Shown here: in pieces, positions 47,760 through 62,208 of the stretch | Numbering within the stretch: position 1 is the stretch's first letter | Layout of the letters: every line of letters starts with the position of its first letter | The notes under the pieces: model-generated | Seen by the model: the letters and a program-made list of their open reading frames with translations, nothing else | The model's database searches: none | What the model was told of the DNA's origin: nothing | Made by a program: the position numbers and the translations under genes | From: Neophaeotheca triangularis | Lineage: Eukaryota | Direction: 5' to 3' | Assembly (NCBI GenBank): GCA_054600435.1 | Contig: BAAIJX010000020.1 | Coordinates: 62,001-126,000 of the forward strand | Length of the DNA: 64,000 nucleotides

Positions 47760-49505
47760 TCATTCCTCGTCACTCTCATCAGCGTCTCCCTCAAGCGTCT
47801 TACTCATGTAAGGCCCATCCAGCCAATATCCCAGCCGGCGGTAATACCCTCGAACGCCAACACCAGAGATGACCGCAATCTTCCCACTGCCATGCTCGTC
47901 CCTGGCAATTCTCTCCGCCTCCTCCATCAAAAGCGTACCGTACCCCTGATGCTGGCTCTTACCCTTTACACGCTCGTGAATCGGCACCGCTGAGCCATAA
48001 ACATGCAGCTCTCGCACCAGACTCGTCTGGCAGCCAGTCAACTCGGGTCGGTACGTGTACTTCTCACTACACTTGCGCAATCTCACCAGCGCAATCAAGA
48101 TGTCCTGTTTCGGATCTTCGTACGCAAGGAACGTTTCCCAGCCACCGTTGGCAACGTAGTCTCTCCGCACGAGCTCGACCTGGTTCGGTCGGATTTTGTG
48201 CTTGACTTCGTTCACGCCGACTTCTCTGGTACGAACGTCGCGGCAGGTGGTGCCGAAGTCTTTCATGCGAGCCAAGGCCAGCTCTCGCAAGTTGCCGTTT
48301 TCGACGCCGGAAGTGACAAGGGGCATAGGAATGTCGCGCTGCACTCTGTAGATGCGTGTCCAGGGAGGGATGAGGGCGAGGATTCGAGCGACAATGTCGA
48401 TGAGGACGTTAGGGGTGTAGTTCTTGTACCGCCCAGTCCGCCAGAGCTCGTACAGACCCGTGCCGCGGATCACCAGGGTCGGGTAGATCTTGAGACCGTC
48501 GGTGCGGAAAGCTGGGTTCTCAAAGTACTCCTGAAATTGAAAAAGGTCGCGCTCTAGTCCAACATTAGGCAAATCTGGCATCATGTGTGATACCACCTTG
48601 AACCCTGCATCCTTGGCCATGCTGAATGTCTCCGCCACAGCCTTGACAGTGTGGCCTCTGTTCGTATCTCTAGCGACATCTTCATATAGCGACTGCACGC
48701 CAATTTCCAACCGGGTACATCCATACCGCAACATGTCCGTCAAATGCGGCGGCAAACAGTAGTCCGGCCTTGTCTCGATTGTGATTCCAACACATTTCCT
48801 CGTGCTCATCTCTCCCGCGATGACCGCTTCATCCACGTCGTTCGTCCCATACCCACTCAAAGCATTGTGCAACTGGCTGATGAACTCCTCGCGATACTTG
48901 GGTGCCAGACTCATGAACGTCCCGCCCATGATAATGTACTCCACCTTATCCACCGAATGCCCTAGATTGCGGATCTGATCCACACGTCCTCGCGCTTGCT
49001 CAAAGGGATCGTACCGCGCTCGTATAGCGCGCATGCTTGTCGGTTCGTAGCCCGTGTACGACTGTGTAGAGTACTCGAAATCCGAATCCGGGCCACCGGG
49101 GCAGTATACACAGATGTTGCCGGTGTAGGCTATGTGCGGGCAGCGATGGGGTTTGCACATGACCGCAACGACGGCAATACCACTGGCGCTTCTGATTGGC
49201 TTCGCGATAAGTTTTGGTAGAATGTACTTTTTGTGAGTTTCTGGGACGGCGGCGATGATAGCTGTGAGCGGCGGTTGGCTGGAGAGGTAGTGCTTTTTGG
49301 CGAATTGCGAGCGGAGGCTGTTGAGGTTGAGGTCTTTGCGGACGCCGGTCTCGAGGGATTTCTCGTGGTCTTCGACAAGGTAGTTGGCTATGTCTGCGCA
49401 TGCTCGCATGTATCGTTCCGGCTCTGGCGCGAGTTTCTTCAGTTCGGAGGCGCCTAGCTTCTTCTTTTTCATCATGTCGGTCTGGGTGGCGGTCATGGTC
49501 GCCAT
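47760..49505 (-). CDS. ELP3: Elongator subunit 3 (radical SAM + GNAT)
   Basis: [61 protein letters not shown]. Confidence 0.97.
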   Translation of the reverse strand: MATMTATQTDMMKKKKLGASELKKLAPEPERYMRACADIANYLVEDHEKSLETGVRKDLNLNSLRSQFAKKHYLSSQPPLTAIIAAVPETHKKYILPKLIAKPIRSASGIAVVAVMCKPHRCPHIAYTGNICVYCPGGPDSDFEYSTQSYTGYEPTSMRAIRARYDPFEQARGRVDQIRNLGHSVDKVEYIIMGGTFMSLAPKYREEFISQLHNALSGYGTNDVDEAVIAGEMSTRKCVGITIETRPDYCLPPHLTDMLRYGCTRLEIGVQSLYEDVARDTNRGHTVKAVAETFSMAKDAGFKVVSHMMPDLPNVGLERDLFQFQEYFENPAFRTDGLKIYPTLVIRGTGLYELWRTGRYKNYTPNVLIDIVARILALIPPWTRIYRVQRDIPMPLVTSGVENGNLRELALARMKDFGTTCRDVRTREVGVNEVKHKIRPNQVELVRRDYVANGGWETFLAYEDPKQDILIALVRLRKCSEKYTYRPELTGCQTSLVRELHVYGSAVPIHERVKGKSQHQGYGTLLMEEAERIARDEHGSGKIAVISGVGVRGYYRRLGYWLDGPYMSKTLEGDADESDEE

Positions 49506-49915
49506 GGTGGCGGAAATGTAGGCTCCTGAACCTTGCAGTCAATGCTTGGAGGATTTGAGGTGCTTGTAGAAAAGGCCAAGTGAAGTGAAGCTCTTTACGA
49601 GAGTTGGTAGTTGTACCTCCGGTAGTGGGATGTGTTTTAATCAAAATATTGATGGACGAGGGGTAATGAATGTTCAATCAAATGGCTTCATTGGTTCGGA
49701 GAAGCTCCGGTGCATTTTTCAAGCTAGTCGGCCAGCCAAGATCTGCGCCGGCGACAGAGCTCTGCTGCAAGCTTGCAGGCTCTCCTCCTGACCACAAGCC
49801 AGACGAAACATCACCTCACCTCCCCTCCCCTTCCACACCTCCCACCACACCACCACCAATACCCCTCTTACGCCTTGGACTGATACGAGTAGGGCGGTGG
49901 TAACAGTCGCCCAAC

Positions 49916-51144
<1,229 letters not shown>

Positions 51145-52127
51145 GGGTATCTTTGTTGTTGAGAGGGAGGAGTTGGGTCGATAGGAGTGTGTTTGTATGT
51201 CTGAACCCGGCGAGCGTTGCAAGACATGATTATTATTACTATTTCTCGGCGCGCTTGCTAGCTAGTGGTGATCTCTGTATACACACCCTTATTCTCACGG
51301 ACAGTCCTCTACGGATCTGACGCACAGAGCGCGTGAAAAGTCTTATCTAGTGGTCTCTACCCAGATGGCACCGGAACAGAACCCAAAACGGCCTCACGAT
51401 GCGCTCCATTGGACCTCGTAGTACCATCGGGGAAGAGTGATTTTGTAAAACTGTTCTCGCCACCTACACCTTCCCGGTCGAACATTCACCATACTGAAGC
51501 GCGAGTTCAACCAGCGAGGCATTGCCCACGAAACACTCTATAAGCAAAGGCGAACTATGCACCTCTATAGAACTATGGACGAGAGTTGCTGGCCCTTTTA
51601 CAGGCCTCCAAGACCGGCCCCACGATCTCCCCTACCGTGCAAGGCGCTCCGGAGCTGCTTTCTCCATTCGCCCGTCTGCATTCCTGTGATGAACAAGCTC
51701 CTAAAGCCGTATATGGGAGAGTGGTGGCTTGGCCCAGAGGGCAGAGACTGAGAGTTTGGCGCGCTTGCTACATGGTTGGAAAAGCACTGGAATGGCTTAG
51801 TCGCTTTGGTTTTCATGTTGTGTCCGTCGTGAGCTAACATTGAAGTTTGTACTTGGTTTGATCAGAAAGCGAGGCGTTGGCGGTCTTTTGCACTGGCCTA
51901 TGGCGCGAAGTCTCGTCGTTTCATATGTCGGTTGGTTGTCGCGTAGCATGCATTTCAATGCTCTTTGCAAGTCTTAGCAGTCGATGGCCATAAGTCTGGG
52001 GTGCTCCCTCGAAGTCATCGTGCGCCCCGACGTGTTGGTCAAACTTTTGAGCACTTTTCACCTCGACAGATGTTTGTCGAGATGTATACATAACAGCAGC
52101 GGGTAATCATGCTGCCGAGCCGCGCCT

Positions 52128-53546
52128 TCAGACATCGATACCCGCCCTCCACTCCTCTTTGCCAAGATCCTTCACGTGCCGGAATTCCACCCCTTCGCCC
52201 TTGTTGAACTGTCCAGACTTCTGCCAAGCCTCGATTTCAGAAATCTTGAACGGCCCATGCTCCTTCCCAGAGCCACCCTTCCATCTAAACTGCCAAATGG
52301 GCCCGTCGCGCAGACCGTTATCAATCGCCTCGCCCTTCCACGCTTCACCCGAGTCCCGCTGGTACTGGCGAAGGAAGACTTCGCGTTCCTGGTCGTAGGG
52401 GTCATAGTTGGTGCGTTGATTGAGGGCGTCCGCGGCGCCGGTAATGGCGTCGATTGTCTCTTCGCGCGCCCTTTCGGCCTTGGCATTGTACTCCTTTTGT
52501 GCGGCAGCGGCAGGGTTCTCTTCGGTGTCGACGTCCATGTCCGTGTTGCGCTGCTGCATTTTTTTGAGCTTCCACGCTGGGACCTTCTTGGCCTTTGGTG
52601 GCGCGTCCTTTTCCAAGCGCTGCAGGGCCTCGAGCGGCGTCTCGCCAGTTTGGAGGTGCTGGCAGAGTGGAGCGAGCAGGTCTGTGATGAGAACGGCCTC
52701 CCTTTCCATGGCTTTGCGGCGGCCCTCCTTCTCACGCGCTTCTTGCGCCTCACGTGCACGTTTGATGTCCTTGTTCGTAAGACCCTCGAGCCAGTTGTCA
52801 TTGACAGCCTCCGGGTCAACAGCCTTGCGGACATAATTCCCAGCCTCGTCGAATTTGCCCTCCTGGTTCTCCTCTTGAAGATGGAAAGCGTCCAAACGCG
52901 GCGCGTGCTTCCGCTTCCCCCCGGCCCCAATCTCAGCCGCATCATCATCATCCAAATCGTTCCTCACTGTGTCTCTCGCCTCGTCATCCCCCGAGCTCGA
53001 TTCCGACTCCACCGACTGCGCCCTCCCCTGCACATGCGCAACCAAATCCGCAGCAACATGCCCACCACTCTTGCTCTCAGCAACCTGCCCCTCCATCCCA
53101 GCATCATTCATGAACCGCACTCTCTTCCGATCCTTTCCCTCCTTGGCCACCTCCTCGTCGTCGTCCCCATCCGCCGTCCCCTGCATATCCTCCTCTAAAT
53201 CAGCAAACATATCATCTTGCTCCTCATCCTTACTCTTCCCCGCATCCTCCCCTTCACCCGCCTCAGCGCGCCTCTGGTCAGCCCTCTCCCGCGCTCTCTC
53301 GGCGAAATTGTCGTCGTCCGAATCGCTCTCGTAGCCATCAATGTTGACGGCATTGCGCTTGATCTCACGGCCAGATTTGCCTACCGTGTCGGCGTCGAGG
53401 ACCGAGTCTTCGAACTCCTCTTCATCCGGCGCGTCTGCTGCTAGGGTGGAGGGGTTGCGGTAGTCGAAGCGCGGTTTCTTGGTTGTGTTTTCATAAAGGC
53501 GGGCGAAGTCGTCGCCGATGCGCTTGGGTCGCACTGGGTCTGCCAT
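52128..53546 (-). CDS. LIN1: Lin1/CD2BP2 (U5-52K) family protein with C-terminal GYF-like domain
   Basis: KRNAVNIDGYESDS, DDMFAD, LDAF.L.EE..EG.FD..GNYVR, D.WL, GETPLEALQRL, I..IT.AAD, W.FRW...HGPF....I..W. Confidence 0.85.
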   Translation of the reverse strand: MADPVRPKRIGDDFARLYENTTKKPRFDYRNPSTLAADAPDEEEFEDSVLDADTVGKSGREIKRNAVNIDGYESDSDDDNFAERARERADQRRAEAGEGEDAGKSKDEEQDDMFADLEEDMQGTADGDDDEEVAKEGKDRKRVRFMNDAGMEGQVAESKSGGHVAADLVAHVQGRAQSVESESSSGDDEARDTVRNDLDDDDAAEIGAGGKRKHAPRLDAFHLQEENQEGKFDEAGNYVRKAVDPEAVNDNWLEGLTNKDIKRAREAQEAREKEGRRKAMEREAVLITDLLAPLCQHLQTGETPLEALQRLEKDAPPKAKKVPAWKLKKMQQRNTDMDVDTEENPAAAAQKEYNAKAERAREETIDAITGAADALNQRTNYDPYDQEREVFLRQYQRDSGEAWKGEAIDNGLRDGPIWQFRWKGGSGKEHGPFKISEIEAWQKSGQFNKGEGVEFRHVKDLGKEEWRAGIDV

Positions 53547-53883
53547 TCTGTTGATCTATTCGCGGGCTTTTGTGAAGGGTGGAGGTCAAGTGCGAGGATA
53601 TAAAAAAGCTACAGCTTTACAGGTACTGGATCTACCTAGACTAGCGTACCTAGCTACCTAGGTACCTACCTTAAGGAAGAAGCTGAGGTGGGAACTATTG
53701 AGCGTCATTCTCGGCAGACCTGCCACGTCGACATGGGTGCGATAAGGATCCTACCTTATCTCATGATGATTGTGCGCCTTTGCATAGACCCAGACATATC
53801 GAGATCAAGTTACTTATGTAGCGACGTTGAGAGCTTCCAATAACAACAAAAGGGCTAAAGCTTCACACACCGGCTGCCCACAT

Positions 53884-54842
53884 CTAGACAACGAACTGAC
53901 TATCACGACAGATCCATTCCTCACTTCCCTCATCCACATCCCCCTCCACAGTCCCCATCCTCATACAATTCATCTTGCCCCTATTCCCCATGGCCCAAAG
54001 CGTCCACTTCCCGATCTCAACCTCCGTGTCCTTAGGAATAGTCCTCACAAACTCCAGCCCCAGTGTCTCGGGCTCACATACCAGCCCTCCACCCACACTC
54101 CCCTTGCAACGCACCAGCTTCGCCCTTGCAAGCTCGAGCCTCCATATCGCTTTGAGAAGGTAGGCATCGTAGCAACCGATAATCACAATGGCTATCACAC
54201 TAAGCACGGTGATCACGAGTGCCCCCAAGGTGAAACGCAACATCCCCCTGGCGCGCTTCGGCGCGGCAGGCGTGGGTGGTGGCAGCTCTAGAGTATCGTT
54301 GCTGGCAAAGGTCCGCGCGGCTCTACGGCGCTCGCGGCGGGTTGTCGGTCTGATCGCCCTGTGGAAGAAGGTGGGGATGGGGCGGCTGATACTCTGGCTG
54401 CTGCGTGGGTGGTTGAAGGGGTTGCTTGCTGTAGCCGGAGCATGGGAATCTTCCGTTGCCATGATGGTGTAAGGAGGCGGGGGTTGGGCGTTCTGCGCTG
54501 AGTCTTGGGCGCCTTGGGGTTCGAAGACGTAGTCCTAGTTAATTTTAGTTGTGCATTTTGGCAAAGCAGATTTTGGTAGCGTACCCAATAGGCAGGGTGG
54601 ATCTGGGCTGGAGACGTCACGGGCATCTTGTATGTCTTAGAGAGGACTGTTGTGTTCGATGCCAAGGGCACTGCGGACGACTCTCCCCGAGAGAAACTGG
54701 GTCTGCCACTTGAACAACTTGAAGAAGCACTACAGGTCGACGATGCTCGGCGAAGAGAGCGGCTTCGACTGGAATCGTGGTCGAAATAGATCGGTGCGTT
54801 GTTGAGGGGGTACCAAGCCAGATATCGTATTACAGCATCCAT
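53884..54842 (-). CDS. Hypothetical single-pass membrane protein (about 302 aa) with PPPPY motif; intron 54584-54535
   Basis: GTACGC donor, ctaa/ttaac branch region and tag acceptor join two track ORFs in frame; hydrophobic FTLGALVITVLSVIAIVIIGC segment. Confidence 0.55.
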
Positions 54843-55027
54843 AACTGGCCGTGTCAACAGAGACCAAACATCAAGCGGGGCCAGCACCAGTCATAACCCA
54901 TCGGAAGGCGAGCAATTGGAAGTCACCACAGGTATTTTATTGGTGGTCAACTTCAAATTGCTCTCGTAGATGATCGGTGGTGTATTTACAGAGCCATCCC
55001 TGCCAACAGCGAAATGTAAGTCGGTAG

Positions 55028-56585
55028 CTAGCACTTCTTCTCCACGTTGAAGACCTTCAGCCCTCTCCGCCCTATGACGCGTTGCAGCGTAGGCACAACA
55101 CCATCGTCGCCAAAATCGAGATCGTCTAGACCGATGTGAGCTCGAGTGGCCCAAAGCTCACTGAGGCGGATGCCATCCAAGAATTCTTCACTGCCAACCC
55201 AGGGGTCGAGGAACGGAGCGCTCGAAGGTGCGACGAGCAAAGTACTCCCACTCTCTTCACACGAAATAACTCCGTAGAGGTAGCCAACCATACCCCAAGC
55301 TTTCATGCCCATGAGGTCGGTCGTCCTGGTCTCGACATTCTTGCCATCGAGTAGCCAGCGCGGGGGGCTGTAGGTTTTCCACCAGAAGACGTGCGAGATG
55401 TTGTCTTGTTGGGCAATCCACGACTGGGCGGGCACTACTCCGGCTTGATGATAAGTGCCAAAGAGAACGCCCGCTAGAATGTTGAAGATGACCCAAGATC
55501 CGATCCAAATACTAGTGTGTTTTACAGGCATTTTGATGGACGCCAACAGTAGCGGTACTGCGGGTAGCAAGAATCGAGCCTCCTGATGGCGGAAGCAAGA
55601 GAGAATTGAAGTCCCCGTAAGTGCCGACCACGTCAGGATGTTCTTTCTGGAAGAAAGGAAGAGTAACACAAGTGCCGGTCCAAGAAGCTGCACCAGATTT
55701 GGGCCAGAGTGCTGCCAGTAAGGGTGCAGGCCGTGTTTGGCCAGATTGGACGGGTCTAGATTATACCTGAAGTTGTTGTAAGGGGTCACCACCGCAGTCT
55801 CATACAGATTGAATGGATTAATTGTCCCTTTAGTGTAGAAGTCAGTGTCTAGCGCTAGAGCGTAGACCAATGCCACGAAACCGGCGAGCAGCATGATGGA
55901 CATCCTGAACGGCTTCGAGAGCAGATGGGGTATGAGGTCAAGAACCGGCAACACCAAATATACGGGGAAAGTGATTCGATTGAACACCCCAAGAACCATT
56001 AAGAAGGCCAGCACTATGCAGGCGGTGACCTGGGTATGCTGCTCGTCATCTCGCAATCGAGCGATCAGCACCAATGCCCAAAGAACAATCAGCGTCTCGA
56101 TGCTGTTGGAGAACGTGTGCGTCTGGAAAGTCCATGTTACGTAGGAGGATGAAACGAGGAGTGCAGCCTGCCTCCACTCGCGCCGGTCAGGGATGAGCTC
56201 GTGAAGGGCCCAGTCCTCGAGTACGAAGCTCAGCACGAACATGTAGAAACGAAGGACGTAGAAGGCTACGATTGGTGGCACGGTTCCTTCATAGCCCAAT
56301 CCTTCCCAAATCCACTTCAATACGGTGATGGGCGGAGCGTAGACGAGCCATAGTGGGAAGACGCTGCGGATAGGCTGATCTGAAGTGAACTCCCAGGTTT
56401 TGAACGTTGGAGAGCCGAAGATTTCACCTATTTCAGCGTCAGTGAAGGTTCGTTGTGTCTGTCGTGTCAATCCTACCAGCTATAATCTCAGGCCCCTGGA
56501 AGTGCTCATCAGGGTGGATGTAGCTCGGGGAGAGGGCGAAGTACAAGCGCACGAGCGCTAAGGCCAGATAGAGTCGACGCCACAT
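55028..56585 (-). CDS. SMP3: GPI mannosyltransferase 4 (PIG-Z); intron 56476-56428
   Basis: MWRRLY...[20 protein letters not shown]...[54 protein letters not shown]. Confidence 0.94.
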
Positions 56586-57253
56586 TGTAGCTGTAGAACG
56601 TACTTGGCCTTAGCGATGGCGGAATTTCCTAAAAGTGATGAAGGAGGGATACGGAGAAGTCTTCTCGACCGGTTTTGGCTCGCATCACGCACTGCTCACT
56701 TGCATACCACTGCCTGAGTGGTCCACGGGTATCTCGTCAAATGACGTGACACGTGACAAAGATACCTTATGCTCCCGTCACACTCACTCGTGCCACGGAT
56801 GCAGTGCAATGCTGTCTGTCTGAGCGTTCACTGGCACCGACTTCAGCCAGCTACAGCCCAAACAACAACAAGGCGTGATCGAAGTGAAGTTGTTGCAAAG
56901 AATGGTGAATGGAAAATCTGCCTTCTACGAGCTACTGTACATAGGCAGAAGCACCAATAGGACGCGGGCTTGGCACCGACTTCGCGCTTCTAGTTGCCTT
57001 GAGCAAGCACGACGCCTTCACTCACCACCCTCTTCCCTTCAAACCTCACCTGGGCGACTACTACCTAGGTACCTTACTTAACAGAGTTGCCCTCTTCTGC
57101 AAACCTACAACTCTACAACAACCTCTCGCCAGCTTTCATCCATCGGAACAACCCTCACCACACCATCCACATCCACTTCCATCTCCACAACCACCAGCCC
57201 ACCGGCGCAACTACCTCTCTACAAAACCAAACCAACTCCAAACCTCATCCACC

Positions 57254-57882
57254 ATGTCTACCGAAACCGAGCAAGTCAAGCTCATCAGCTCCGATAATGT
57301 CGAGATGGCTTGCGGTATGCGCTGAACATGATGCTGCTTCTTCACTGGAAGCAAATGCTAATAGCCCACCTTTACAGACCGCAAGGTTGCTGAGCGCTCC
57401 ATGCTTATCAAGAACATGATCGAGGACCTCGGCGCGCCTGGCGAAGAGCCCATTCCCATCATGAACGTAAGTGGAGCAGACTTTGCCGCCTTCACTCCGC
57501 TGAGGCCGCCATCTAACCATGTCCACATCCATAGGTCTCCGAGCCAGTCCTCCGCAAAGTTCTCGACTGGTGCGCGCACCACAAGAACGACCCCGCGCCC
57601 ACCCAGGACGACGACTCGGACGCTCGCAAGAAGACCACGGACATCGACGAGTGGGACCAGAAGTTCATGCAGGTGGACCAGGAGATGCTGTTCGAGATCA
57701 TCCTCGCTGCCAACTACATGGACATCAAAGCTCTGCTTGATGTCGGCTGCAAGACGGTCGCCAACATGATCAAGGGCAAGACCCCCGAGGAGATCCGCAA
57801 GACGTTCAACATCCAGAACGACTTCACTCCGGAGGAGGAGGACCAGATCAGGAGGGAGAACGAGTGGGCCGAGGACCGTTAG
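57254..57882 (+). CDS. SKP1: SCF scaffold Skp1 (SconC); exons 57254-57314, 57378-57466, 57535-57882
   Basis: [65 protein letters not shown]. Confidence 0.97.
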
Positions 57883-59378
57883 AGCTCTCATGATACGGAT
57901 GGTTCGGGTATAGTGCGCATTTCCTGTCGGCGGCTGCTTCTCAGTGCAGCTTGAGGGTTTGCGTCACTGGCGTTCAAGGCGAAAACCATGAGGGTTAACG
58001 GCGGAATGACAACACGATTACTATTTGCTCACATCTGTGCTTGCCCGTACTTGCGACTCTACAACATGCAGCAGCGTCACCCCAGCAGCTGAGTATGGAT
58101 GTTCGCCAAGGTACAAAGTGCACGAGCAGCTTCCAATGGGGAGGCTTCGGTTAGATCACTGCTTAGCGGCTAGCCAAACAATGCGATTGCTTCGAAAAAT
58201 TGCCACGATGACCACCTTTTTCCTTTACCGTGCCGTACATTCATCAAGTCGTGCACTTGCAAACCGAATGCCCGCAGCGCATCGCCTTCGTAGAGCGAAG
58301 GTTAGAAATTTTCAGCCTGTCATGTATGGCAGAGTCTACCATAGCCATCATCTCGATACCCGATAGCACGCACGTCACATAACGGCCGATGACCGTGAAG
58401 ACCTCGAAGCGCATAGCAAAAGCGTCTTCCCCAGCCAGAAACCACAATGCAAAGCCGTAAAGGTACAAGATCACTATCTCACATTGCGAACACAAGCAAA
58501 GAAGACCCCACCGTTTTCCGACCATTACGGAGACTTCAAACATGCCCAAGTACCTACCCCTCGAAACAACACTCCGAGACACGCTGCAGGCCGCCGCCTC
58601 GGAGCCTTTTCTCTGGTGGCCGGGGTCATCTGAGCATGCAACATGCTATTGCTAGTCGCGGTTGGTTCGTCATCTGACTTCTTTGATGGATGGGAAGCCC
58701 TGGGTGGCGGCGCGACTGATAGAGGGTGCGAGATGCGGTCTCAGCGGCGGCCAATCGTGGGTTGAATGCGACGCTGATGGGGAATCTCAAATGTATGGTG
58801 GTGGAGACGGGCGGGTTTCGTTGTTTGGGGTTTGGAAGTTGGAGAGCAAAGAGGTATTGGGAACTGCAGTTGCGTCGTCGTGTTGTATGGGATAGATGGA
58901 TGATACATGGGACGATTGGTAACTACCTAACGTTAAGTTACGTACTCAATGCTTACATAAATACTATGTACAGGCTTTTACAGTATACCTTATACTGCTG
59001 CGGTAGTATCGTAGTATTATTATTAGTGTGTGATAGGAGAGGATGAAGACTTCTTCTAGACGTCTTCTAGCCTACTGTCGCAACCGTAGCTACGGAAGCG
59101 ACGAAGAAGCGTCTGCCCTGTCCGATGTCGTAGCTCCCGTCCGTCGTTGGGTTATTAAATTGACTTTTCGCCGGGGCCTCGCAACTCGTTTGTCGGCTCG
59201 GGGATGGTAAAGGGGGAAGAGGGAAAAGACACGTGATGATAGGCCGTGTTTAGTAGTCGTCGTTGGTGTATTTACTATTTCCTTCCCGGTATCGACGGCG
59301 ACTAGGTTGTGTGGGTGTGTTTAGTTACAAGGGGGAGGGGGGGCGACTTCTCCTGAGCTTGTTGTTAGGAGGTGCGGG

Positions 59379-59408
59379 TAATAATAATTATTATTATTAT
59401 TATTATTA
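59379..59408. repeat. (TAA)n/(TTA)n AT microsatellite
   Basis: taataataattattattattattattatta. Confidence 0.85.
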
Positions 59409-60308
59409 GGAGGTACGCTCCTGTTACAGTACTACCTACCTTGGACTCTAGTAACTACTCGAGACATATTATTACGACCTTGGAAACTACATACATACCC
59501 ACTCCTACTCATCTTTTCAATAACCCGAGCCGACCTCGAGCATCACAACCGCGTGCAGCGTTGATTGCCGGCAGATAATTATATTGGCATATTGTCATCT
59601 GCACGCAAAGCCTGCCGTGCACCTAGCGTGCTGCAGCAAGCAAAGCAACTGCCCGTGGGCAAGTTCTGTCTCAGCTTAGCACTCTCTCTCCTCCGTCCGC
59701 CTTTGGACCCGCTGAGTCGAATTTGCAGCGACCTCCTATCGACAGACAAGCCGGCCGCATCCTCACCTCCGCCTCTCTTCACTCTTCCTTCGACTACTAC
59801 CTTACTCTTCCTCTCCTCCCCTTTACTACTACTATCACCACCTCACTCATAGCTACCACCACCACACCACTACTCTACCCTCACCCTCGTCCCCGCCATC
59901 CTTCACGCCCTCTCGCTTGCTTTCCTGCTTGCTTCCCTGCTTGCTTCCCTGCTTGCCTGCCTGCTGATTACTCGCTTGCTTTGATGCTTGCTGTCGCGCA
60001 AGCCCTGGTGGTACACGGCGTCGCATAGTGTGTCGTTCTTTGTTCTCGCAGCCTTACGAGTCACGATTTCCTCACGGCAACTCACCCATACGTCCACCTC
60101 GACAAGCCACGACTACCAGTGCACCACTGCTCTCGCACCTTCACCCTCCCCCTACCAATCCTTCGGCCAGCATATCTAGCTATCCAAGTTGTCAAGCTAC
60201 TCCGCATCCGCCATTGCTACGCCTGCACGCAGCAGCAGCGATCGGCAACAAAGCAAGCCGAGTGAGCTTCTTTCGCACCCTCACCTCACCTCGTCTTCAC
60301 CTTACGAA

Positions 60309-62208
60309 ATGAACCCCGGAAACTTTGACAACATGGCGTACTATAACAACCCCAATCGCTCGCCAAGTGCGCAGCGACAGGATACCTCGCTCAATCGACA
60401 AGCCTCCAGGCAGCAATATGAGCCGGCGTACGGCCATCTTCCTTCAGGTCTGTACACCGCCGAAGACCACGCAGGTTATGGCGGAAATGCGTTTGGTGGT
60501 ATGCGCAACGCCACGATTGGCGGATACGGAGGTGGTTATGATATGGGCGGTGGGCAGCAGTCATGGAACGCTGGAGCATTTGGTCAGAATCACACCTTGA
60601 ACGGTCTCGGTGGCACTGGTCTTCGCAAGCCACCATCAAGAGCAGGTAGATCTGGTTTGCCATCTGTAAGTGCAGATTTCCAGGCCACAATAGTGCATGG
60701 ATGCCCATACTAACACCTCTCAGGCCTGGATGGATCAGCCCCACCCCATGCCAAATGTCAACCCCTACATGGGCATTGGAGGCCTCGGTCCCATGCGTCA
60801 AGATCACATGAACGAAACTGACGAGGAGCTCATCCCGACTGCTATTGTCATCAAGAACATTCCATTCGCAATCAAGAAAGAGCAGCTCGTAGGCATCATG
60901 ACCGATATGGGCTTGCCGCTACCCTACGCATTCAACTACCATTTCGACAACGGCGTCTTCCGCGGACTGGCTTTTGCGAACTTCACGAACCCGGAGGAGA
61001 CAGCGGCCGTTATCGACGCCATGAACCACTTCGAGCTAAATGGGCGCAAGCTGCGTGTGGAATACAAGAAGATGCTGCCGGCTGCGGAAAGAGAGAGGAT
61101 CGAGCGCGAGAAGCGTGAGCGAAGAGGCCAGCTCGAGGAGCAGCACCGTCCAATTCCGACTCTTCAAAACCAACCCTCGGTGTCATCGCTCTCCTCTCGC
61201 ATCCCAGCTAACTCGCCTTCCCCCGTCTCAGCGCGCAATCAGAGGCAGCCATCCGCTATGTACCCCGGCTCTTACAATGAGCAACCGATGGAGACGGACG
61301 TCGATCTCAACGACCCGCAGGTTCTGCAGTATTACTCGAAGCTGCTTCTCTTCAAGGAAGACCAGCAACGCGATCTCCTCGTTTTTCCGCCGTCCCTGGC
61401 GCCGCCCGAACGTCGCATTGTACATACTCTCGCACACCACATGGGACTCGGACACGTTTCCAAGGGGCAGTCGGATCAGCGTGCTGTTCACGTCTTCAAG
61501 GAGGGCTCGCGGGCAAGGGTCAGCCCACCAATGGTATCTGCTCTGCGTGACGAAAGCAGACGTGCACTGAACAGGTCCGCGACCACTGACTTCAGCGATG
61601 TTCGCGGCAACGAGAATGTGTACGGAGGTCTACGCCACCAACAATCTGGCTTCCTAGGCGGTTACCACGACCAGTCGGGCGGCCTTTCGGCAGGCAGCAA
61701 CCTCCGCAGCGCCAAGTCTTTTGCAGACTTGCGTTCGTATACCCCATCGCCGGTCCCATCCACCGCTAGCTTCCCGGCATCGCTAAGCAATAACGCAGCT
61801 CGCTTCCAAGAATACGGCAGGGACATCTCCCAGTCTGGCACGCCGACTCTGATGACGCCCAACCCCGGCATGGGTGATCGCAGCGAGAACCAGCTCATCA
61901 ACGGTTTAGGCAACATGAACCTCAACGCAGGCGGCTTCAACGGCAGCCCACGTGGCCTACGCGGCTTCCCGTCGTGGGATCGTGAGAATCCTGGCCCCAT
62001 TGGAAGCCACCGTAGCATCAGCACAAACTACGACGAGCGTAGCCAGACCCGCAACCAGCAAGGCGGAGGGAATGGCGGACCCGATCGCCAGCCTCGCGGC
62101 CCTCTCCCCGAGCGCGGCGCAGGCTTCCCCCGCAACGGCCACCACTCTCGTAACAGTGACGAAATCTCGCAGCAAAGTAGTGCCCCTGAGATCACCGTCG
62201 AACACTAG
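60309..62208 (+). CDS. PIN4: RRM + R3H RNA-binding protein (Pin4/Cip2-like); intron 60666-60723
   Basis: IPTAIVIKNIPFA, PYAFNYHFDNGVFRGLAFANF, GRKLRVEYKKMLP, R3H motif ERRIVH.LAH..GL.H.S. Confidence 0.88.
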
